A DNA stretch of 64,000 nucleotides from Cenarchaeum sp. (lineage in GTDB: Archaea; Thermoproteota; Nitrososphaeria; Nitrososphaerales; Nitrosopumilaceae). Made by a program: the position numbers and the translations under genes. Below the pieces are notes generated by a model. That model had not been told where the DNA came from. It saw nothing but the letters and a program-made list of their open reading frames with translations, and ran no database searches. Numbering within the stretch: the stretch's first letter is position 1; each line of letters opens with the position of its first letter. Below are positions 1 to 9,830 of this stretch, in pieces. The stretch spans positions 960,001 to 1,024,000 of the forward strand of contig OZ243037.1 in assembly GCA_965212015.1 (NCBI GenBank), given 5' to 3'.

Positions 1-258
1 AAGATTCTGGTAATTCCGGACATACTGGCAAACTCTGGCGGCGTGTGCATATCGTACCTGGAATGGGTCCAGAACAACCAGGGATACTATTGGAGCTTCG
101 ACGAGGTCGCAAAAAAGATGGAGGTCAACATTGTAAAGGGGTTCAAGGACTCGTATGCGTTTGCGCAAAAGCACAAGATAGACATGAGAAAGGCAGCAAT
201 GGTGCTTGCGGTAAGCAGGGTAGTCGAGGCCTTTGAGCACAAGGGCATCTGGCCATAG
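1..258 (+). CDS. gdhA: Glutamate dehydrogenase, C-terminal part (runs off window start)
   Basis: Frame open from base 1: KILVIPDILANSGGVCISYLEWVQN...GIWP, typical Glu/Leu/Phe/Val dehydrogenase C-terminus. Confidence 0.93.
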   Translation, partial: KILVIPDILANSGGVCISYLEWVQNNQGYYWSFDEVAKKMEVNIVKGFKDSYAFAQKHKIDMRKAAMVLAVSRVVEAFEHKGIWP

Positions 259-285
259 TCAGCCGATTCCAGGCATGCCTGTAAA

Positions 286-939
286 ATGACTGACGTGCTA
301 GTAATACAGAACAACGGCATCGAGGGGGCCGGCAATCTTGGCCGGCTGCTGGCAGGCGACGGCTTTGATGTCAGGACGGTTCACGCGTGGCGCGAGGACA
401 TTAGACACGAATGCGACATGCTCGTAATACTCGGGGCCCCGGAGAGTGCAAATGATGCGCGCCTGCAAGGCCAGCAGGACATGATACGCGACCACACGGC
501 AAGACAAAAGCCGGTCCTAGGCATATGCCTGGGATCGCAGCTGATCGCACGCGCGCTTGGCGCCAGGGTCTATCGCGGCCCAAAAAAAGAGATCGGCTTT
601 TACCACGACTTGCACCCGGAGGGCCCGCTGCTCGGGGGGCTTGGCAGCCCGTTTAGCGCGTTTCACTGGCACGAGGACACATTTGAGCTTCCCGCAGGCG
701 CAGTCAGGCTGGCCAGCTCGGAGCACTATCCAAACCAGGCGTTCCGGCACGGGACTGCCGTTGGGCTGCAGTTTCACCTAGAGGCAGACCACGACATGAT
801 GCGCCTGTGGCTTGCCAGGTCCGGCCTGGACTGCGCCGCTGCCGGCAGGATTGCATCGGAGATTGACGAGTTTGCCCCCGCAGTCGGCAGGAACCTTGGA
901 ATATTCTACAAAAACTTCAAGTCAGAGTTTGGCCTATAG
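286..939 (+). CDS. Type 1 glutamine amidotransferase
   Basis: GICLGSQ nucleophile elbow and QFHLE His-Glu motif. Confidence 0.92.
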   Translation: MTDVLVIQNNGIEGAGNLGRLLAGDGFDVRTVHAWREDIRHECDMLVILGAPESANDARLQGQQDMIRDHTARQKPVLGICLGSQLIARALGARVYRGPKKEIGFYHDLHPEGPLLGGLGSPFSAFHWHEDTFELPAGAVRLASSEHYPNQAFRHGTAVGLQFHLEADHDMMRLWLARSGLDCAAAGRIASEIDEFAPAVGRNLGIFYKNFKSEFGL

Positions 940-955
940 ACCGGCGCAACAGGGC

Positions 956-1960
956 CTAGCCGCTGAGCCATCCGACCTTTTTAAAGTACGCAAACATTAC
1001 TGCGGCCGGAACGACTGATGCCAGGATTATCGTGGCAAACGTGGTAAATGTCCCGGGCTCTTCTGCACCCCCCGGAAGGTTGACGTTCATGCCGTAGAAC
1101 GTGCCTATTACCGTGGCAGGTATGGCCAGCGCGAATATTATCGTGAGTACCGCAAGCACCTTGCTTGTCTTTTCCGTGCTCAGCATGAAATCCGTGTCCT
1201 TGTATATCTCCATGGTCTCCCTTGACTCCTCAAGCGTGTCGATTACCTTGTCCACGTGATCAATAATGTCATCAAAGTACAGCGTGAGATCCTCCGTTGC
1301 GGAAAACCTCGGAATCTGTTTTGAGGTGGCAAGTATTATCCGCTTGAGCGGGCTCACTATCCTGCGCAGCATTGTAATCTCGCGCCGCAAAACAGAGATC
1401 TTTCTTGCCACGGACTTTTTGTCATCAAAGACGACCTCTTCTAGGTCGTCAAGGTTTGCAATTATCCTGCGCAGTGTGTGCAGCAGGTCGTCTACCAGTA
1501 TGTCTATGATCTCGTGCAGCAGGACGCCGGTGGATTTTGAGAGCAGGCGATCCCTTCTTTGCTGGTCCACGCCGTTCTCGCAGATTCCGACTAGCTCGAC
1601 GAGCGGGGCGAGCTCCCCCTGGTGGACCGTGATCAAAAAGTCCTTGCCCATAAAGACTGAGAGCTGGCTGTACTTTGGCATCGTCTGCTTTGCAAGCGGC
1701 GGAAAGTGCAGTATGAGAAAGACGTGCTCGGCGTACGTGTCAAGCTTTGAAAGCTCGAACTTTGTCAGGCAGTCCTCGACGTTTAGCGCGTTCAGGTTAT
1801 AGTCCCGGGCCAGATCCTCGACGTGCTTTCTGTCCGGATTCTGCAAGTCAGTCCAGGTAAACTTGTCGCCCCGGATCACCGTGGTCTTGCGCTCGCCGGT
1901 GCGGTCATCTGCCGGCTTTTTTGCATGACGCAGCTTGCGGGTGATGAATTCGCGCTTCAT
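956..1960 (-). CDS. corA: CorA-family Mg2+/Co2+ transporter
   Basis: YGMN signature between two C-terminal TM helices. Confidence 0.95.
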   Translation of the reverse strand: MKREFITRKLRHAKKPADDRTGERKTTVIRGDKFTWTDLQNPDRKHVEDLARDYNLNALNVEDCLTKFELSKLDTYAEHVFLILHFPPLAKQTMPKYSQLSVFMGKDFLITVHQGELAPLVELVGICENGVDQQRRDRLLSKSTGVLLHEIIDILVDDLLHTLRRIIANLDDLEEVVFDDKKSVARKISVLRREITMLRRIVSPLKRIILATSKQIPRFSATEDLTLYFDDIIDHVDKVIDTLEESRETMEIYKDTDFMLSTEKTSKVLAVLTIIFALAIPATVIGTFYGMNVNLPGGAEEPGTFTTFATIILASVVPAAVMFAYFKKVGWLSG

Positions 1961-2020
1961 TTCGCAGGGTCTGCGGATGCTACGGATTTAACGATTATCA
2001 TTGTGCGTGGCGCCTGCGGG

Positions 2021-2107
2021 CTATTTGAAGGGCAGCAGGGCATAGGAGCCATAGTATACGACTAGCGCCGATACTGCCATGCCAATCCACCATCCCCTGC
2101 CGGACAT
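2021..2107 (-). CDS. Putative 28-aa hydrophobic microprotein (MSGRGWWIGMAVSALVVYYGSYALLPFK)
   Basis: Manual translation; one TM-like stretch; TTTATTAT box about 30 nt upstream of ATG. Confidence 0.4.
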   Translation of the reverse strand: MSGRGWWIGMAVSALVVYYGSYALLPFK

Positions 2108-2200
2108 GCCTACGGGAGGGAAATTCTCAATAATAAACGTAAAGGGCGTCTGCGCCCCGAATCAAAGATTATTACGGGAAAAGACACACCCGTCTTTTGT

Positions 2201-2273
2201 GGCCTCCGTCGTATAGTGGCTAGTATAGGGGACTGTGGATCCCCGGACGGGAGTTCGATTCCCCCCGGAGGCC
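2201..2273 (+). tRNA. tRNA-His(GTG) with encoded G-1
   Basis: Acceptor GCCTCCG/CGGAGGC, anticodon arm GGGGA-CTGTGGA-TCCCC, GTTCGATT T-loop. Confidence 0.95.
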
Positions 2274-2280
2274 CTCAAAC

Positions 2281-2625
2281 TCAAAAAATCCCAAACTTGC
2301 TTGATTCCATCTCTTCTTTGATTGCGAGCTTGAACCTGCTGCCGCCTGTCTCCAGCCTGGCAGTCAGCAGCGCGAGAAACTTTTTGTCCGTCCCCTTTCC
2401 GGGCAGGCACTCAAAATCGGCGCCCATCTGTCCGGCGAGCTTTAGCACCATCTCGCGGCTCACGCTTAGTACGAAAAAGTGCCATCCAAAGGCAAACTCC
2501 GAGTCCGTCATTACAAAGCAGTCCTGCTCGTGCACGGTCTCCTCGAGGCGCCGGAGGGCGGACCGCAGCGCCCCGCTCGTCTTGTCATAGTCCACCGCAG
2601 AGACGTTGATGTTGATTCGCTCCAT
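2281..2625 (-). CDS. Hypothetical protein (MERININVSAVDYDK...)
   Basis: Protein-like ORF with host codon style; start moved to ATG 2625. Confidence 0.75.
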   Translation of the reverse strand: MERININVSAVDYDKTSGALRSALRRLEETVHEQDCFVMTDSEFAFGWHFFVLSVSREMVLKLAGQMGADFECLPGKGTDKKFLALLTARLETGGSRFKLAIKEEMESSKFGIF

Positions 2626-2668
2626 GCCGTAGCGTGTCGGCCACAAAATAAAAGGTTTGCACGGGGGG

Positions 2669-3427
2669 CTATTTATCGAGCATGTGGTCCAGCTCAATGT
2701 CGTAAAAGTTCCTCAGTATCCCCATGTACGCCCTTATCGGATCCGGCACGCCGTCGCCGCATGCCACCCCCAGGTTTTTTGCGTTAATCCATATCACCAG
2801 CGACTGCACTATGGTGACAAACCTGTTGTTCTCGGCATCTGGCAGCTCTATTGCCCTGGTGTACCTTTCTGCGTGCTCCCACGCCGTTACAAAGTCGACG
2901 CACTTTACCCCAAACACCGCAAGGAGCTGATCCTGCAGGCTTTTTGCCGGCCGCAGCGGGATCTCGCTTACCACATACGGAAACCTCACCCTGTGCGGCA
3001 TGTATCCGGGGAGCGGGCCCCACAGGGTCGCTATCCTGCACCCGCGCTGGAGCCGCCTGAGCTTTGGAACCATCCTTCGTATTACGTCTGCGTCTGCAAA
3101 CCAGAACAGGACCGCCGTGGCGTCATCCATGTCCGCCTCGGCAACATCCCCGCAGGTAAACTCGGCACAGTCCAAATCCCCGCACGCGTCTTTTGCGCGC
3201 GCTATTTTTTGCGCATCAGAGTCAATGCCTGCTGCCTTTTTTACGCCAAACTCCCTTGCCGCCACGGATACCGCCCCGCCATCACCGCATCCCAGGTGGT
3301 AAAACACATCGCCGCCTCCCAGCTCCAGAAACTCAAAGATGTCGCGGATGGATCTGTCCGGCAGCCGCACGTCCTGTCCGGACATTATCTCGGGGGGCAG
3401 TGATTTCAGGTATTCCTCGAGTTTCAA
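2669..3427 (-). CDS. SAM-dependent methyltransferase
   Basis: FYHLGCGDG motif I, GID motif II. Confidence 0.88.
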   Translation of the reverse strand: MKLEEYLKSLPPEIMSGQDVRLPDRSIRDIFEFLELGGGDVFYHLGCGDGGAVSVAAREFGVKKAAGIDSDAQKIARAKDACGDLDCAEFTCGDVAEADMDDATAVLFWFADADVIRRMVPKLRRLQRGCRIATLWGPLPGYMPHRVRFPYVVSEIPLRPAKSLQDQLLAVFGVKCVDFVTAWEHAERYTRAIELPDAENNRFVTIVQSLVIWINAKNLGVACGDGVPDPIRAYMGILRNFYDIELDHMLDK

Positions 3428-3449
3428 TTGGCCAGCTGCACCAGTCGGG

Positions 3450-3719
3450 TCACTCCCTTATTCCCTCCAGCTTGGATACTGCCTGCCACAGGGTGACCCG
3501 GACGTATGACGGCATGTTTGGATCCTGCGTAATGTCATCAAGCATGCTGATTGCGTTTGCGGCCCTTACCGAGAGCGAGGATTCCTGGACCTGAAGCCCG
3601 GCGACCAGGTCGACAATGTTTTTTTTTATGGTCTTGGGCGTGGAGGGGTTTGCCACCATCTGCTCCAGCGTGTCTATTGCCTCCTTCATGGATTCCCTGT
3701 TTTGGTTTTCATCGGCCAT
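3450..3719 (-). CDS. UPF0147 family protein
   Basis: RAANAISMLDDITQDPNMPSYVRVTLWQAVSKLE signature. Confidence 0.9.
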   Translation of the reverse strand: MADENQNRESMKEAIDTLEQMVANPSTPKTIKKNIVDLVAGLQVQESSLSVRAANAISMLDDITQDPNMPSYVRVTLWQAVSKLEGIRE

Positions 3720-3728
3720 GACGCACAC

Positions 3729-4034
3729 CTATACCTCGATGAAGACACTGTCTGCCTCTATTACAACCTTGTATGACTTTAAATCGTTAATCTTTGCCGG
3801 GAACTTTGCCAGCTTGCCGGTCTTGCAGTCAAACTGCGCCCCGTGCCACCCGCAGGTCACGACATGGCCCTCAAGGCTGCCCTCCGAGAGGCTCGCCCCC
3901 GAGTGTGTGCAGGTGTCATCCATTGCGTGGTACGTCCCGTCGATGTTTGCCACGAGAATGTCGCGCCCGTCGACTGTGACCTTGTGCGGCGCTCCCTGGA
4001 CGTCAGATACCTTGCAGGCCTCTATCCTTCCCAT
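3729..4034 (-). CDS. Rieske [2Fe-2S] ferredoxin
   Basis: CTH...CGWH Rieske ligands. Confidence 0.95.
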   Translation of the reverse strand: MGRIEACKVSDVQGAPHKVTVDGRDILVANIDGTYHAMDDTCTHSGASLSEGSLEGHVVTCGWHGAQFDCKTGKLAKFPAKINDLKSYKVVIEADSVFIEV

Positions 4035-4085
4035 GGCACCATCTCAATGGGTTATTCTTAATAGTTTTTCTACCGTTTGGCACGT

Positions 4086-4916
4086 ATGCGGGTTCAAAGG
4101 GCCTCAGATTCGGACAGGGACGCGGTTCTGGGTTTTTGCAGGAACACCTTTTCGTGGGGGGACTATATAGGGAGGGTCTGGGACGACTGGATTCTCAGGG
4201 GCGACTTGCTCATAGTCTGCGACGGCGGCGCCCCGGTGGCCGTGTGCCATGCGCGGCACTTTGCGTGCCAGCAGGGCATGTGGATAGAGGGAATAAGGGT
4301 GCATCCCAGTCACAGGAGGCGCGGCCACGCATCAAGGCTCGTGCGGCACTGCGAGGGGATTGCGCGCGCCAAGGGGTGCACAAACGTGCAGATGTTCATA
4401 GAGACGGACAACCTGCACTCCATCGCACTTGCAAGGACGGCCGGATACAGGATTGTGGAAAAGTGGGGCTTTTACTCCCTAGAGTGCGCGCGCAAAAACG
4501 CAGGTGCGGGACAGGATGCGGGAAAAAACGCGGCAGAATTTCTCGCATCACTCGGTGGCGGCTATGTCGACTCGTGGCACTGGCGCGCGCTGACCAAAGA
4601 TGCAATAGACGCGCTGGTACAGGGAAACAACGTCATAATCTCGCGCGCAGACGACGGCGCAATGGGCGCCGCAGTGTTTGCAGAGTCAGAGAACTTTGGC
4701 CGGACCGTGCTGGTAAGCGTTCTTGCCGGGGACTGTCACAGGATATCTGACATGCTGTCAAGCGTACAGTACATGGCGCAAAAAAGGGGCATGAGGCGGA
4801 TTCAGATAGTCACCAGGATGGAGTCGATGCCGCCCCTTGCGGGGCTGGAAAAAAAGCTGTCGTTTTACCTGGTGGAAAAAAGGCCGCACGCTATGTCATC
4901 CTTACAGAGTTCCTGA
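4086..4916 (+). CDS. GNAT-family N-acetyltransferase
   Basis: IRVHPSHRRRGHAS acetyl-CoA binding motif A; N..SIAL motif B. Confidence 0.9.
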   Translation: MRVQRASDSDRDAVLGFCRNTFSWGDYIGRVWDDWILRGDLLIVCDGGAPVAVCHARHFACQQGMWIEGIRVHPSHRRRGHASRLVRHCEGIARAKGCTNVQMFIETDNLHSIALARTAGYRIVEKWGFYSLECARKNAGAGQDAGKNAAEFLASLGGGYVDSWHWRALTKDAIDALVQGNNVIISRADDGAMGAAVFAESENFGRTVLVSVLAGDCHRISDMLSSVQYMAQKRGMRRIQIVTRMESMPPLAGLEKKLSFYLVEKRPHAMSSLQSS

Positions 4917-5757
4917 GCACCCCAAGCCCGCTTATCTCCATCTCTATTTTGTCGCCGTCCTTGAGGTATTCCAGATCCGGGCGGTTCAGTACGGCGCCGT
5001 ACGGCGTCCCCGTCGATATGATGTCGCCCCTCTCAAGGGTCATCGAGCGGCTGAGCCGGGATATTATCTCCGGCGGCTTTATGTGCATTTTGCGAGTCGA
5101 CGAGTCCTGCCTTGTCGCGCCGTTTATTTTTGTAGTCAGCCTCAGGTCATCGGGATCCGGCACTGCGTCAGACGTGGTAATCCACGGGCCGCACGGCGCA
5201 AACGTGTCAAAGCCCTTTGCGCGGGTAAACTGCCCGTCCCGGAACTGTATGTCCCTTGCCGAGACGTCATTCAGTATGGTGTATCCGAATATGGCTTCTG
5301 CGGCCTCTTGCACCCCGACGTCCTTGCAGTCCCTGCCGATTACGATTGCCAGCTCTATCTCATAGTCCAGCCGCCTGACAAAGCCCGGACAGAGTATCTC
5401 ATCGCCATATCCGCAAAGCGCGGTGCGCGGCTTTATGATTATCACGGGATCCTCAGAGGGGACCACGTCCTGCCTTCTTGCGTGCTCCGGATAGTTAAAC
5501 GCAAGGCAGATGATCTTCGGCGGCCTGTCAACGGGGGCCAGGATGCGAAACTCTGAGAGACTCCGCCCGTACGGCAGGCCGCCTAGCCGGTCCTTGATCT
5601 CCTCGAACCAGCCGTCAAAGAGGAACTCCCTTACGCCCTGCGGCAGGGGCACGCCGGTCTGGTATGTCATCTCTTCTCTTGTGGCCACGCAGCCGTCCCT
5701 TATCAGGCCGAATGTCTCCTTGTTCTCATGCGATAGCCTCGTAATCCTCACAATCAT
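4891..5757 (-). CDS. Fumarylacetoacetate hydrolase family protein
   Basis: KIICLAFNY, DYEIEL, NDVSARD, KGFDTF, GDIISTGTP motifs. Confidence 0.95.
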   Translation of the reverse strand: MIVRITRLSHENKETFGLIRDGCVATREEMTYQTGVPLPQGVREFLFDGWFEEIKDRLGGLPYGRSLSEFRILAPVDRPPKIICLAFNYPEHARRQDVVPSEDPVIIIKPRTALCGYGDEILCPGFVRRLDYEIELAIVIGRDCKDVGVQEAAEAIFGYTILNDVSARDIQFRDGQFTRAKGFDTFAPCGPWITTSDAVPDPDDLRLTTKINGATRQDSSTRKMHIKPPEIISRLSRSMTLERGDIISTGTPYGAVLNRPDLEYLKDGDKIEMEISGLGVLRNSVRMT

Positions 5758-5758
5758 T

Positions 5759-7456
5759 TCACCTGTGCGCATATATCGCCATTCCGCGCGACTCCTTTCG
5801 GCAGTATCCGAACCTGACAAACTGGATCAACCCGCCGTCCGGTATCTGCAGATAGTGCGGTTCTGCCACCGTCAGGAGCTCATCCAGGCTCCCCTCGTTA
5901 AACGAGTCGCCCTCAAAGAGCGGCCCTGGCACCATAATCCGGAGCTCGCAGGCGCCCCTTTGCGGGACCCACTGAATCTTTGGATGGCCGGCCCCAATCT
6001 CGTCGCCTGCGTATGTGCCGGCAAGCCCGGAGCTTGTCTTTTTTACGTCAATGTCGCCGAGTCCCATGAGGCGCACGCGCCCGTCCCCCGCAATGTCGTC
6101 GGCAGACACGTATACTGCACCGTCCAGCTCTATTCTTCTTTTTCCCATGTCCGTTGCCGGATGGTTGGGGATCTCTACCGTATCGGACGGCAGGCCGTCC
6201 AGCGTCATCCTTTGCGGGTTTTTTACAAGAAACAGCCTCGGCGTGTCTGCGTCGATTTTTTTGCGGTTAAAGGCCTCCAGTGCGTCAAAGGGCGCAAGCG
6301 TGTCGGCCTTTGTAAGGCCCAGCGACATTACAAACTGCCTTACGGCCCCCGGCACTATCCCCCTTCTTTGCAGCCCGGCAAGCGTCGGAAGCCGCGGATC
6401 GTCGTACCAGGGAATCTGGCCGCGCTCGATTAGCGGCTTGAGGACGCGCTTGGAGACGGGCATTCCCCGGAACTCTAGGCGCGAAAACGAGATCACCTCG
6501 GGCCTCCTCATATTTAGCGCGTCTAGAATACCTGCGTACAGCTCGTCGCGCAGCTCGTACTCTTTGGATCTAAACGCGTGCGTGACGCCGTCTATGCTGT
6601 CCTCGATGGCCACTGCAAAGTCGTAGCTGGGCCACACCCTGTACCTGTCGCCAAGCAGCGGATGCCTGGCGTCTATAATCCTGAACAGCACGGGATCGCG
6701 CATCACCGTGTTTGCCGAGTCCATCCCGCCGCGAAACCTCACGCAGGCGCCGCCCGGCTTGTATTTTTCCTGCATTTTTTCCCACTCCTCCATGTCCGCC
6801 CCTGCGCCCCCCCTGCTGCACTTGCAGGCAGTCATGCTGCGCCTGTTTTTTCCAATGTCATCACGCTTGCACGTGCAGACGTACGCGGCGCCGGATGCGA
6901 TTATCTCGCGGCCCTTTGCAGTCAGCAGCTCCATGTCATCAGACGTGTTTTTGATCCTGTCATAGGTGATTCCCAGCCAGTCCAGTCCGACTTTGATTGC
7001 CGCATAGTATTCCATGCGCTCGTTTTCCGGATTGGTGTCATCCATCCTGAGGATCTTTTTGCCGCCGTACTTGTCGGCGTACGCCTCGTTGATTATCGCA
7101 GCCTTTGCGTGGCCGATGTGCGGATAGCCGTTTGGCTCAGGCGGAAACCTGGTCACCACGTTACCCTGCACCGCCCCGGACAGCTCCGGCAGTCCGCGCT
7201 GCTCCCTTGGCGCCTTTTTTGCCAGAATCTCCGGAAAGTCCGACTCGATCTCTGAGCTTTGCCGTTCTGCCGACAGGCCGTTTACGCGCGCGACTTCTGC
7301 TGCAATGTATGGCGCCAGCTCCGCTGCCCTGCCCCGAAGATCCGGGTTTGCCCCGAGAATCTTGGAGAGGACCGTATTGTCGCGCGTCTTTGCCCCGTGC
7401 TCAAAGGCGTTTTGCAGGGCAATCCTCCTGATCTCCCTTTTTGTATTGTCATCCAT
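5759..7456 (-). CDS. gltX: Glutamate--tRNA ligase (archaeal type)
   Basis: RFPPEPNGYPHIGH, VSKR (KMSKS equivalent), QFVRFGY. Confidence 0.97.
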   Translation of the reverse strand: MDDNTKREIRRIALQNAFEHGAKTRDNTVLSKILGANPDLRGRAAELAPYIAAEVARVNGLSAERQSSEIESDFPEILAKKAPREQRGLPELSGAVQGNVVTRFPPEPNGYPHIGHAKAAIINEAYADKYGGKKILRMDDTNPENERMEYYAAIKVGLDWLGITYDRIKNTSDDMELLTAKGREIIASGAAYVCTCKRDDIGKNRRSMTACKCSRGGAGADMEEWEKMQEKYKPGGACVRFRGGMDSANTVMRDPVLFRIIDARHPLLGDRYRVWPSYDFAVAIEDSIDGVTHAFRSKEYELRDELYAGILDALNMRRPEVISFSRLEFRGMPVSKRVLKPLIERGQIPWYDDPRLPTLAGLQRRGIVPGAVRQFVMSLGLTKADTLAPFDALEAFNRKKIDADTPRLFLVKNPQRMTLDGLPSDTVEIPNHPATDMGKRRIELDGAVYVSADDIAGDGRVRLMGLGDIDVKKTSSGLAGTYAGDEIGAGHPKIQWVPQRGACELRIMVPGPLFEGDSFNEGSLDELLTVAEPHYLQIPDGGLIQFVRFGYCRKESRGMAIYAHR

Positions 7457-7457
7457 G

Positions 7458-8426
7458 TTATAGCCTCCTGTTTACCACAAAGTCCAAGAGCTCGACTAGC
7501 TCGCCTTTTGCCACGCCGGAATACCCGTCTAGCGAGGCGCGAGCCGCGTCTGCGTACCGCATTGCGCGCCCCCGGATCGCCTCCTCTATTCCCAGGCCCG
7601 CAATTATCCCGACTGCCTCTCGCAGATCCCCTTTTGTGGCGCGCGGATTTCCAAACTGTTTCATGATGGCCCTCCTGTCTGCCCCGCCGGCCTTTTTTAT
7701 TGCCAGCAGTATGGGAAGCGACTTTTTGCCCTCCCGCAAGTCGTTGCCGACTGGTTTTTTTGTGACTGCGGGATCGCCCATCACGCCTATCAGGTCGTCT
7801 GTAATCTGAAACGCCACCCCGAGGTTGTCCCCAAACGACGAAAGGTTTTTCACGTCGCCTTTTTTCGCACAAGAGCACAGCGCGCCCATCGCGCACGAGA
7901 CATCAAACAGCGCGGCGGTCTTTTTTCTGATCATCCTGATGTACTGCGCAGGCGTCGGGGTTTTTTTGTCCTGCGCCATTGCAATGTCGTATATCTGCCC
8001 CTCGCACACGCTCACGCATGCGGCGGCCAGCCGCCTGACAAGCTCGATTGAAATCTCCGGCGAAAGCCTTGGGCCGGATATTATCTGGTACGCCTTTGAG
8101 AACAGTACGTCGCCTGCCAGTATCGCCACCGGCATTCCGAACTTTCTGTGCACCGTCGGCACCCCGTGGCGCACCTCGTCGTTGTCCATTATGTCGTCAT
8201 GGACCAGCGTAAAGTTGTGAATCATTTCTACTGCCGCAGCTGCTGCCATCGCGTCGCGCCTTTTGCCGCCCAATAGCTGGCAGCTCTTAAAGACCATGAA
8301 CGGGCGCAGCCGCTTTCCCCCGTTGACTATTAGGTGTCTTGCCGCCGCATAAAGCTGCGCCGGATCCCCCCTGATGCTCGCAGCAAGGCGCCTGTCTACC
8401 TGCGCGCCGTCCCCCGTCCTAGTCAT
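7458..8426 (-). CDS. Polyprenyl (geranylgeranyl diphosphate) synthase
   Basis: GGKRLRP, HDDIMD and FQITDD aspartate-rich motifs. Confidence 0.95.
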   Translation of the reverse strand: MTRTGDGAQVDRRLAASIRGDPAQLYAAARHLIVNGGKRLRPFMVFKSCQLLGGKRRDAMAAAAAVEMIHNFTLVHDDIMDNDEVRHGVPTVHRKFGMPVAILAGDVLFSKAYQIISGPRLSPEISIELVRRLAAACVSVCEGQIYDIAMAQDKKTPTPAQYIRMIRKKTAALFDVSCAMGALCSCAKKGDVKNLSSFGDNLGVAFQITDDLIGVMGDPAVTKKPVGNDLREGKKSLPILLAIKKAGGADRRAIMKQFGNPRATKGDLREAVGIIAGLGIEEAIRGRAMRYADAARASLDGYSGVAKGELVELLDFVVNRRL

Positions 8427-9060
8427 GCAGCATCCTCCAGTCGTCATCAGAAAGGTGCGCCCTGATTGATTCTGTCAGCGCATCGCAGAGCTGCGGGCCG
8501 GTCCATTCGCCCAGCTCCCGGTGCCGCCTGAGCGCCTCCGGGCCGGATTCCTGCAGGAGGCGCAGCGCGATTAGCATCCACGGGCAGTACGACTCTGGGC
8601 TGTCGCGCACCGCAGAGAGCAGCTCTTGTGCGGTAACCCATCTTACGTCGCTTATCTCGTCCCGGACCAGCTCAAACTCGGAGCTTGCATCAACTGTTCC
8701 GACCAGTGTGGCGCATATCTCGTTTTCGGATCCCACGTCCCTGTACGGCACGTGGTACTCAAACCGGAACAGATAGTCCATCTCGCACGAGACTCCCAGC
8801 TCTTCGGGCAGGCGCCGCATGGCAGAAGCAGTGTACGACTCGCACTCTCTGGGATGGCTTGCTACCGTGCCGTCCCAGTCCCCCGGCCACAGCATCTTGC
8901 CGGGACTCCGCCTTGCAAGCAAGAGCCTCCCGGAGTGATCAAAGATCAGCGCGGTAAACGCCCTGTGCAGCCTGCCGCCTGGCAGGTGGCACTTTGTCTT
9001 TTCCTCGAGGCCTATGGGATTGTCGTCCCCGTCTACTAGCACTACAAACTCTTGCGCCAA
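8419..9060 (-). CDS. idi: Isopentenyl-diphosphate delta-isomerase, type 1 (NUDIX fold)
   Basis: LHRAF, ASHP, RRLPEELG, ENEIC motifs; isoprenoid cluster context. Confidence 0.9.
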   Translation of the reverse strand: MAQEFVVLVDGDDNPIGLEEKTKCHLPGGRLHRAFTALIFDHSGRLLLARRSPGKMLWPGDWDGTVASHPRECESYTASAMRRLPEELGVSCEMDYLFRFEYHVPYRDVGSENEICATLVGTVDASSEFELVRDEISDVRWVTAQELLSAVRDSPESYCPWMLIALRLLQESGPEALRRHRELGEWTGPQLCDALTESIRAHLSDDDWRMLHD

Positions 9061-9806
9061 CTGCGTCCCCCCCGGAATATCGTTCCCGTGAACTTTTTTC
9101 CCCTGCAGGCCTCCAGAATCCTCTCCGGCCTGTTACCGTTTACAAAAAACACGTCAAGCCCAGCCCTTGCAATGCCCCGGGCCTCGTTAATCTTTCTCTG
9201 CATTCCCCCCGTCACGTCCATTGGGACGCCGGCAATCTCGGGCCTGTGCCCTTTTAGCTCCGGAATGAGCCGCTTGGTTTTCGGATCGGAATACACCCCG
9301 TCAATGTCCAGCACAAACATGCAGAGCCTCGGCCGCAGCGCCCTTGCCAGCATGCCCATGATTCTGTCGCCGGACAGTATGTAATACTTGTTTTGCCCGT
9401 ACCATACGGCGTCGCCGTGCGTGACCGGGACCATTCCGGACTTTGCAATCTTTTCCATGTCCGCAATGCCGCGTGCGACGGGCCTGTCTGCGCGGACGAA
9501 TCCCGCAGGCGGCAGCACGTACGGGTACAGGCCGTTTTTTAAAAGCGAGCCTGCAACCATACAGTTGAGCTCGGCCATCGAGTCCCTTACGGTGGCCACG
9601 GCCTTTGCGCCGTGCCTTGCGGGCCTTGTGTGCATGTTGTATTTTACCGACCAATAGTGGCCAAAGGATCCCCCGCCGTGCACTATTATGAACGGCTCGC
9701 TGATTTTTTTGAGCGCCCGGGAAATGTTGTCTGTTGCCTTTCTCCGCGGGGAGAGCGGCCTTTTCTTGTTTGTTATTATGGAGCCGCCAAGCTTGATCAA
9801 TAGCAT
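9042..9806 (-). CDS. ipk: Isopentenyl phosphate kinase
   Basis: IKLGGSIITNK, HGGGSFGH, SGD, DVTGGM. Confidence 0.93.
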   Translation of the reverse strand: MLLIKLGGSIITNKKRPLSPRRKATDNISRALKKISEPFIIVHGGGSFGHYWSVKYNMHTRPARHGAKAVATVRDSMAELNCMVAGSLLKNGLYPYVLPPAGFVRADRPVARGIADMEKIAKSGMVPVTHGDAVWYGQNKYYILSGDRIMGMLARALRPRLCMFVLDIDGVYSDPKTKRLIPELKGHRPEIAGVPMDVTGGMQRKINEARGIARAGLDVFFVNGNRPERILEACRGKKFTGTIFRGGRSWRKSL

Positions 9807-9830
9807 GATCTTACCTGCCGCCTAGGGATT

